Shown here: positions 56,107-62,137 of the stretch, one piece after another
Position numbering within the stretch: position 1 is the stretch's first letter
Layout of the letters: each line of letters opens with the position of its first letter
IMG/VR virus record: IMGVR_UViG_3300016472_000394
Span: 1-62,137 of that record
DNA from: a virus
Lineage: Duplodnaviria; Caudoviricetes
Strand: one strand, 5' to 3'
Length of the DNA stretch: 62,137 nt
The notes under the pieces: model-generated
What the model was told of the DNA's origin: nothing
Databases searched by the model: none
The model's input: only the letters and a program-made list of their open reading frames with translations
Made by a program: the position numbers and the translations under genes

Positions 56107-57273
56107 TTACCAAAAATTATTCACTACTGCTTCAATTCTCCGCTCTGCTATTTTACAATATTCTTCTTCTCGTTCAATACCAATAAAATCGAACCCTTCT
56201 AATATCGCACCTTTTCCCGTACTACCACTACCCATAAATGGGTCTAAAACAATTCCTTTTGGTGGAGTTACAAGTCGGCACAAGTAACGCATTAAATCGG
56301 TGGGCTTAACGGTTGGGTGGTTGTTGCGAGCTGGAGCTTTCTCACTTCCATATTTTCCGCTTGCACTGTTGATGTCATCTGCATAATCGCCAATGCCTCC
56401 GCCGCCACCTGTCGTTTGTTTTATCTCCATCCCCTCGCACCCCTCATCCCTGTCGCGTTTGCTTGCCTTGGCGCAGTAGAAGAACCGCGCGGCTGAGCCA
56501 AGCAGGTCGGTCACCTCCTCGCTCCCATCGTGGATGAAGTTGGCAGGCCATCTTCCAGTTGGATTATAGTTCTTAGGTTCAATCATAGAATAATCCCCAT
56601 AGACATTATTTCCTGTCAGGGGCGGTGTTCCAAAATCAGCGTGTTGATTTTTTTGAGTGCTTTCTTTTCTATCTTCCTCTGATATAAAATCCACCCTACA
56701 CCCATCCACGTTATTCGCACCCCCGCCGTGTTGCAGGACGTTCTCCGCTACCGTGCCAATCAGCGGCTTCCGTGCCACCGTTATCGGTTCAAGTGCGGGT
56801 TTCAGTGCAGTCCCCCAGCCTTCCCATTGCTTCGCTTCGGAGGTGGCGGGGGTGGTGATAATCGCTTGATTTTCTTGTTGTGGACAGGCAATTTCGCTTT
56901 TGGATGTTCTCCAATTTTCATTAAAACCCACCACCTCCCTCTCCGCACCCGCCGCCTTGTCAATCGCCTTGCTCACATCCAACGACTTCGGAAACCCCGA
57001 CCCGTACACCCAAGCAATCATATCCCTAATCTCAAAGCCCGCGTCCTCAATCCGCACCGCCATCCTGTGTTGCGTCCCTGCAAAACAAAGCAGGTGACCG
57101 CCCGGTTTTAATACCCTTAAACATTCTTTCCAAATATCGACACCAGGTACATCATAATCCCATCGTTTACCCATAAAGGATAAACCATAAGGTGGGTCAG
57201 TAACAATACTATCTACGGAATTATCTTCTAATTCTTTAAGTACATCTAAGCAATCTCCATTGATTATCCTCAT
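56107..57273 (-). CDS. DNA N6-adenine/N4-cytosine methyltransferase (beta class)
   Basis: TDPPY near N-terminus; HPTVKP; LDPFMGSGSTG near C-terminus. Confidence 0.92.
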   Translation of the reverse strand: MRIINGDCLDVLKELEDNSVDSIVTDPPYGLSFMGKRWDYDVPGVDIWKECLRVLKPGGHLLCFAGTQHRMAVRIEDAGFEIRDMIAWVYGSGFPKSLDVSKAIDKAAGAEREVVGFNENWRTSKSEIACPQQENQAIITTPATSEAKQWEGWGTALKPALEPITVARKPLIGTVAENVLQHGGGANNVDGCRVDFISEEDRKESTQKNQHADFGTPPLTGNNVYGDYSMIEPKNYNPTGRWPANFIHDGSEEVTDLLGSAARFFYCAKASKRDRDEGCEGMEIKQTTGGGGGIGDYADDINSASGKYGSEKAPARNNHPTVKPTDLMRYLCRLVTPPKGIVLDPFMGSGSTGKGAILEGFDFIGIEREEEYCKIAERRIEAVVNNFW

Positions 57274-57287
57274 CCCACACCTACTTA

Positions 57288-57683
57288 TTATCTACCAGAA
57301 AATGATATTTGAACTTCTTTTAATAGTTTCCTACCCAATTTTTTATCAGTACGCAAGGTAGATTTGTTTTTTACACTCAATAATGTATTAGCCCTCACCA
57401 ACTTTTCGATTTCACTTTCGTTGTAACCCATACTTTCCCATGTCCCAATTAATTTACTTTCAATCTTCTGAAGTTGTTCACTAATATCATTTTCCATATG
57501 AGACCGGTTTACCTTATAAAATACATTACTACGCCTTATTTTATCCAAAAAAGAATAACCCATACGGGACATGCAAAAGGTTTGGTAGAACTGCCTACGC
57601 TGGTTATAATTCATACCTACCATCATCTTTTCCATAGTTTCTACCGTTTCTTCGAAACCCAACTTTTCATTAATTGTACACAT
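57288..57683 (-). CDS. Hypothetical protein
   Basis: Start MCTINEK placed after the promoter-like motif at 57705-57735. Confidence 0.55.
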   Translation of the reverse strand: MCTINEKLGFEETVETMEKMMVGMNYNQRRQFYQTFCMSRMGYSFLDKIRRSNVFYKVNRSHMENDISEQLQKIESKLIGTWESMGYNESEIEKLVRANTLLSVKNKSTLRTDKKLGRKLLKEVQISFSGR

Positions 57684-57921
57684 AATTTTTGTTTTTTTAA
57701 TTGTTAATATACGAAATCTTTTTGATATTTCCAAATATTTTGTTGGAAAATAGTGCTTATCAAGCAAGGGATAATTAAGTTTGTGTTAAGAGCTGTGATT
57801 GTCAAGCAAGGGGAGAAGCTATGGTCGAAAACCTGACCTCTCGATGGGGATGAGTCCCCCGCCATAACACAACATAAAATATTTTTGGGTTTACACTAAA
57901 ATGCCTCCCCCCCCTGTCTAA

Positions 57922-57998
57922 GCTCTCCATCCCGCTTTTTAGCAAAAATTGCTCATCAACCCGCTTTTTAGCAAAAATTGCTCTCCACCCCGCTTTTT
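57922..57998. repeat. 29-bp tandem repeat, about 2.7 copies, in a non-coding gap
   Basis: gctc(tccat/atcaa)cccgctttttagcaaaaatt. Confidence 0.85.
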
Positions 57999-58055
57999 GG
58001 GTTGTGTTATATAATTTGTGATATATACTATATGCTATATGTTATATACTATGTG

Positions 58056-58340
58056 TTATAAACCCACCCATTTACCTTCTGCTTTTATACCTAATAGTAT
58101 ATGTTGCTTTCTACACCATTCCGTTGGTGATATATCGCTTTCAACGGTGCTTCTAATTTTTGGGTTGTGTTCTAAGCTTAAGCGCTTTGGGTTACTATCT
58201 ATGGGTTCATACTTAAAGTCCATTGGTCCCAATTTTGTTTTGTTATTTACTCGCTTTATATTGAATAGGGTTAGCATAGTGGTTAGGTAGTTAATGATTT
58301 TATTTTTGTTTATTTCTCGCTCGCTATTACCCATTTCCAA
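58056..58340 (-). CDS. Hypothetical protein
   Basis: ORF in the early region; start uncertain. Confidence 0.45.
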   Translation of the reverse strand: MEMGNSEREINKNKIINYLTTMLTLFNIKRVNNKTKLGPMDFKYEPIDSNPKRLSLEHNPKIRSTVESDISPTEWCRKQHILLGIKAEGKWVGL

Positions 58341-58596
58341 AAGGAGACTCTTCAGTTAATAGGTTGCTCATCACGGATGTGAAAGGAAAGTCACTATATC
58401 TACTAACTCCGGCGACCTCTCTAATCTCATTTATGCTTGCCAAACTAAGTACGGTATCTAATGTTAAATCACCCATCCAATACTTTTCGTTTAATTCATC
58501 AACGATTTTATTCGTTGTGGTGGGAAAAATGGTGGCTTCATTTTGTAAAGCAAGAACCACTTCGGGTTTTAGGCGGGAATAAAGGGAGTTTCTCAT
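58327..58596 (-). CDS. Hypothetical protein
   Basis: 89-aa ORF. Confidence 0.6.
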   Translation of the reverse strand: MRNSLYSRLKPEVVLALQNEATIFPTTTNKIVDELNEKYWMGDLTLDTVLSLASINEIREVAGVSRYSDFPFTSVMSNLLTEESPFGNG

Positions 58597-58733
58597 ATGT
58601 TATTTGGTTAAAATTTCAGTATTAGGTTTATAATAAACACACTGTTTAATAATATCCAAACGGGCAGGTTTATCAACCATTAGAAGGTAAAAAATCAAAA
58701 TACTCATCAATTTCGTTTTCATCTCTCAATCAA

Positions 58734-58797
58734 TTACAAAGTAAAGATAGGGATAAATTGGTTAATTTCCAAGCTTTTTATATTATCTTTATGTTAA
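58734..58797 (-). promoter_or_regulatory. 64-bp early promoter cassette
   Basis: Consensus match. Confidence 0.75.
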
Positions 58798-58833
58798 ATT
58801 TTGGGGGGAATTTAACAAAAAACCCGCAACCAG

Positions 58834-59055
58834 TTAGGATACCGCCATACACTCTTCGGCGTATGTGGAGGATGAACTCATAATCATACAATCTGTCTCT
58901 ACCTCTACCATATACTCACTCCATACCGCACGGGCCTCTTCATACAACTCTTTGAGTTCCTGCGGAGAGGAATATTCAAGCTGATAAGTGGCTTCGGGTT
59001 CGGTAGTGTTAGGGAAGTTACCGGTGGGGAAATAAACTCTGAAAGTGGCGTTCAT
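58834..59055 (-). CDS. Hypothetical early protein
   Basis: Start MNATFRVY after a promoter cassette. Confidence 0.55.
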   Translation of the reverse strand: MNATFRVYFPTGNFPNTTEPEATYQLEYSSPQELKELYEEARAVWSEYMVEVETDCMIMSSSSTYAEECMAVS

Positions 59056-59081
59056 AAAAAGGGGGTTTAGTTTCTCAATCA

Positions 59082-59145
59082 TTACAGTATAAAGATAAGG
59101 ATAAATTGGTTAATTTCCAAGCATTTGGTGTTAAATAATTGTTAA
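59082..59145 (-). promoter_or_regulatory. 64-bp early promoter cassette
   Basis: Consensus match. Confidence 0.8.
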
Positions 59146-59466
59146 ATTTTCTTCAATTAGTTCTCCATCTTTCCATACACGGATTTCGGTAATATTTCCA
59201 TCTTCATCATAGAACATTTCCTGCCCATGAAATAATCCCGCTTTGTATGGGGTCCTGGCCCGAACATTTCCATTTTCCCAAAACCATTCTTCTAACCCAT
59301 CAGGCTTACCCTCTTTCCAGGTGGTTTTACATTGGATACTCCCATCCTCCCAAAACCATTCTTCTAACCCATCAATCCTGTCTCCTTTATAGGGAATTCT
59401 ACGATAGATATTTCCATTAGGATAATATTTAATCACATAAGTTAATTCGTTATTCATATTTATCAT
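59131..59466 (-). CDS. YwqK-antitoxin-like / MORN-variant repeat protein (paralogue 1)
   Basis: Repeats YYPNGN...YK...DGLEEWFWE.G. Confidence 0.75.
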   Translation of the reverse strand: MINMNNELTYVIKYYPNGNIYRRIPYKGDRIDGLEEWFWEDGSIQCKTTWKEGKPDGLEEWFWENGNVRARTPYKAGLFHGQEMFYDEDGNITEIRVWKDGELIEENLTII

Positions 59467-59471
59467 TTTTA

Positions 59472-59535
59472 TTACAGTATAAAGATAGGGATAAATTGGT
59501 TAATAACCAAACTTTTGGTGTTAAATAATTGTTAA
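59472..59535 (-). promoter_or_regulatory. 64-bp early promoter cassette
   Basis: Consensus match; contains upstream stop codon. Confidence 0.8.
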
Positions 59536-59777
59536 TTTTCTTCAATAAGTTCTCCATCTTTCCATACACGGGTTTCGGTGATGTTTCCCTGTTCATCAAA
59601 TTCCTCCTCAATACCATCTATCTCATTATTTTTATATGGGGTTCTCACACGGATATTTCCGTTTTCATAGAACCACTCCCAAAGACCTTCTTCTTGTTCT
59701 TTTGAGTTCTTTTGTCCTTTGAACTTTACATTTCCGTTGTCAAAGTATTCAATGTGGAGTGTTAATTCGTTATTCAT
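59532..59777 (-). CDS. YwqK-like / MORN-variant repeat protein (paralogue 2)
   Basis: MNNELT...EGLWEWFYENGN...WKDGELIEEN. Confidence 0.75.
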   Translation of the reverse strand: MNNELTLHIEYFDNGNVKFKGQKNSKEQEEGLWEWFYENGNIRVRTPYKNNEIDGIEEEFDEQGNITETRVWKDGELIEEN

Positions 59778-59788
59778 ATTTTTTGGGT

Positions 59789-60100
59789 TTAATCGAACAT
59801 ACAATAAAGCGAGTTAAGTTCCTTTTTGGTAGCCGGCCGGAAAGAACTTTTGTCAATTTTAGAGCCATTTTTCTCATACTCTGCAACCGCTTTCTCAATA
59901 GCGACCGTCACATCATAAGCCCATACGGTGTTATATCCGCCTCCAACAAAATTAAAGATAAACTCAACATTCTTACGGGCTGAAGATTTGCGTCTTTTAA
60001 TTTCGGCTAAGAAAGCATCAGCGTACATCCGAAGTTCGTCGGCTGAAGCCATCACAATTACATCTTCAATGGCTTCTGGGAGGGTGGTTTTGTTTTTCAT
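59789..60100 (-). CDS. Hypothetical protein
   Basis: 103-aa ORF. Confidence 0.6.
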   Translation of the reverse strand: MKNKTTLPEAIEDVIVMASADELRMYADAFLAEIKRRKSSARKNVEFIFNFVGGGYNTVWAYDVTVAIEKAVAEYEKNGSKIDKSSFRPATKKELNSLYCMFD

Positions 60101-60158
60101 TGGTTTGTGGGGGTTAATTTCAATTTTATCTTATACTCGCTCTTTTATAAATGAATAA

Positions 60159-60398
60159 TTATTCATAGGTTGTAACAATATTATCTATCAGATCATCAAT
60201 GTTATTCTGCTTAAATTCTCGCTCTGAAATTTGATAACGGATATCTTTATAACAAATGATGAAAATGTATTTTGAACCTTCCTTAATGTAATCAAACACA
60301 TAACTCCTATTTTTTGGAGTTATAAATGTCCGCCCACGTTTACCATCAAGCTTATCTTGCTTTTTAGTGTATTTACCGATTTGATTAATTTGTTTCAT
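60159..60398 (-). CDS. Hypothetical early protein
   Basis: Follows a promoter cassette. Confidence 0.55.
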   Translation of the reverse strand: MKQINQIGKYTKKQDKLDGKRGRTFITPKNRSYVFDYIKEGSKYIFIICYKDIRYQISEREFKQNNIDDLIDNIVTTYE

Positions 60399-60409
60399 TT
60401 CTATCTCAA

Positions 60410-60473
60410 TTACATAGTAAAGATAAGAATATTTTTTATATCCACCAAACTTTTGGTATTAAATTTATGTTAA
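60410..60473 (-). promoter_or_regulatory. 64-bp early promoter cassette
   Basis: Consensus match. Confidence 0.75.
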
Positions 60474-60593
60474 ATTTATAAAAGCCCTCCAGAACAAATC
60501 TTTTGCACCTATCGATTTGCAGACCGATGGTAGTGTTGCCGTTATTAGAATGTTAAATCACCATTGGGTGGGTGTAAAACGAATACAAAATTC

Positions 60594-60872
60594 TTATATT
60601 CGGTCGAGCGCCTTTTCCCAATCCATAACGCTTTTATACTCATCGGCGGCATCCTGCATCGCATAGATTAGCGTGTAGTCATCGCTGTTCAGCGATTCAA
60701 TTTGCTGTTTGATTAAGCGGGTCTGCCTTTCATCGTAATCCATATCGATGTAATTCAACTCAGGAATTTGACCTTCGCCCTCGAACCAGTCGCGGGCATC
60801 GAAGTGAAACATTACAACAAAGCCTCCGGAGGGGGTGTCGATGTTGTGGTTGAAATAGATTTGGTTGCTCAT
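60594..60872 (-). CDS. Hypothetical acidic protein (GC-richer than flanks)
   Basis: 92-aa ORF, A-rich leader. Confidence 0.6.
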   Translation of the reverse strand: MSNQIYFNHNIDTPSGGFVVMFHFDARDWFEGEGQIPELNYIDMDYDERQTRLIKQQIESLNSDDYTLIYAMQDAADEYKSVMDWEKALDRI

Positions 60873-61121
60873 ATTTTATTTTTTAATTTATATTAAGTTT
60901 TATTACCCTTAAAAAAAGAATGCGTTGTGTGAGTAGGAGATTGGTCGGTTGTAGCGTTTGCCGATTACTGCCTGTGGAGCTTTTACCCATTCGGATTGTA
61001 CGGCTTCCCAGACGCAGTGGTCTGCATTGACTGCGATGAGTCGAGCCCTGCCAGTGGGTGAAAAGTTTTCTCCTTACCAACTATCTGTTCTTTACATTGT
61101 TTCATAATTTTGGGGGTTAAT

Positions 61122-61256
61122 TCATTTTTTTTCACGAAGAATTTTGGCATAGCGATGGTATTTCCTTAGACAATTTCCAAATGTGCTTGAACAATTGTGG
61201 GCCAATTTTATCTTATGCTCTGTCCAAGCTCGTTTAAAAATGAATGATTTGGTCAT
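61122..61256 (-). CDS. Small basic hypothetical protein
   Basis: MTKSFIFKRAW...FGNCLRK. Confidence 0.45.
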   Translation of the reverse strand: MTKSFIFKRAWTEHKIKLAHNCSSTFGNCLRKYHRYAKILREKK

Positions 61257-61257
61257 A

Positions 61258-61446
61258 TTATTTACAATTTTGTTCTTTGATGGAGTAAAGGTTGGCAAAG
61301 TAATTAAACTTTTCAACAGCCTCAAACACCGATACAGTAACTGCTTTAATCAACATATCCGTTTTTAATTCACTCAACATAATAGTGTCATCACACAATT
61401 TAAGTGAGATGTTCAATTTTGGGAAGTTCTTTTTCATATCTATCAT
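61258..61446 (-). CDS. Hypothetical early protein
   Basis: Follows a promoter cassette. Confidence 0.55.
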   Translation of the reverse strand: MIDMKKNFPKLNISLKLCDDTIMLSELKTDMLIKAVTVSVFEAVEKFNYFANLYSIKEQNCK

Positions 61447-61451
61447 TTTTA

Positions 61452-61515
61452 TTACATAGTAAAGATAAGGATAAATGGGTTTATTTCCAAGCTTTTGGTG
61501 TTAAATAATTATTAA
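61452..61515 (-). promoter_or_regulatory. 64-bp early promoter cassette
   Basis: Consensus match; contains upstream stop codon. Confidence 0.8.
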
Positions 61516-61829
61516 TTTTCTTCAATTATTTCCCCATCTTTCCATAGAGTGGTTGTGGTGATGTTTCTCCATTCATCAAACCACTCATGAATTCCATCCT
61601 TCTTACCCTCTTTGTAAGGGATTCTACTACGGATATTTCCGTTTGGATAGAACCATTCTTCTATTCCATCCCACTTACCCTCTTTGAATGTGGCTCTCCT
61701 ACGGATATTTCCATTTTCATAGAACCACTCCCAAATACCTTCTTCTTGTCCTTTGGAGTTCCATTGTCCTTTAATCCACACATTTCCGTTGGAGTAGTAT
61801 TTAATGTGGGGTGTGAGTTCGTTGGTCAT
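61512..61829 (-). CDS. YwqK-like / MORN-variant repeat protein (paralogue 3)
   Basis: MTNELT...EGIWEWFYENGN...WKDGEIIEEN. Confidence 0.75.
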   Translation of the reverse strand: MTNELTPHIKYYSNGNVWIKGQWNSKGQEEGIWEWFYENGNIRRRATFKEGKWDGIEEWFYPNGNIRSRIPYKEGKKDGIHEWFDEWRNITTTTLWKDGEIIEEN

Positions 61830-61850
61830 AACTTTTATTTTAGTAGTTTA

Positions 61851-62093
61851 TTATTTAATTCCAACCATTAAAGTAGAAACCTTACATTCCATCTCCCTAT
61901 ATAATGGGGGATATATATAAGAACGAAGTTGTTCACACGAATAGTATGTATCACCACCCACATTATGGGGAATACAAAGAGTTTCAATTATCGAACTAAT
62001 AGTTGGTTTGCAAATAGTTGCAGTAAGATATCTAAGAACATCATTACGCAACATCCAATCACCGGCCGGAAGAGAATTTTTCATATTTATCAT
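61851..62093 (-). CDS. Hypothetical early protein
   Basis: Start MINMKNSLP after a truncated promoter cassette. Confidence 0.5.
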   Translation of the reverse strand: MINMKNSLPAGDWMLRNDVLRYLTATICKPTISSIIETLCIPHNVGGDTYYSCEQLRSYIYPPLYREMECKVSTLMVGIK

Positions 62094-62098
62094 TTTTA

Positions 62099-62137
62099 TT
62101 ACATAGTAAAGATAGGTATAAAACCCCACTTTTCCAA
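62099..62137 (-). promoter_or_regulatory. Early promoter cassette (truncated by window end)
   Basis: TTGG-N19-TATCTTTAC-TAT-GTAA. Confidence 0.7.

Noticed and set aside
57816-57866. Hammerhead ribozyme
   Set aside because: Hairpins and GAAA are present but no correctly placed CUGAnGA core on either strand
59131-61829. Diversity-generating retroelement TR/VR pair
   Set aside because: Paralogues differ at all base types and in repeat number, all are intact ORFs, and no reverse transcriptase is present in the window
4269-61871. Plus-strand ORFs in the ORF track (e.g. 6300-6740, 8764-9201, 22631-23011, 42261-42617, 56728-57111)
   Set aside because: They are antisense shadows of well-supported minus-strand genes and have no recognisable motifs
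1-62137. Stop-codon reassignment (alternative genetic code)
   Set aside because: Long genes are intact under the standard code, TAG and TGA end genes at sensible boundaries, and no suppressor tRNA was found

Overview
A 62-kb, AT-rich segment of a large (probably jumbo) tailed phage genome, with essentially all genes on the minus strand. A myovirus is suggested by T4 gp6/gp25/gp5-like baseplate genes. A Bacteroidota host is suggested by TTTG-N19-TAnnTTT-type promoters, A-rich ribosome-binding regions without Shine-Dalgarno sequences, a DUF4494 gene and a lipoprotein. In transcription order (right to left) the window holds: (1) an early region of small genes, many led by a conserved 64-bp promoter cassette, with three YwqK/MORN-like paralogues, a DNA methyltransferase, a GH73 hydrolase and a Mom-like protein; (2) a tRNA region with about 20 tRNAs plus several non-canonical tRNA-like RNAs; (3) metabolic and host-takeover genes (dCMP deaminase, thioesterase, MoxR/VWA pair, Hsp20, PurA, UvsE, ClpP, HD protein, sigma factor); (4) baseplate and virion genes; (5) a resolvase, a second Mom-like protein, a primase and an SbcD-SbcC fusion; (6) tail fibres; (7) a gene fractured by a naturally split intein with a free-standing homing endonuclease between the halves. 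The most notable signals are a fully paired but non-canonical tRNA-Gly(ACC)-like RNA in a phage carrying two Mom-like enzymes (candidate dedicated glycyl donor for DNA hypermodification), an array of anticodon-less tRNA-like repeats alternating with small ORFs, a kissing-loop ncRNA upstream of that array, and a 20-bp leader-trailer helix around hsp20 that competes with a terminator. All calls come from reading the sequence by eye; no database searches were run.
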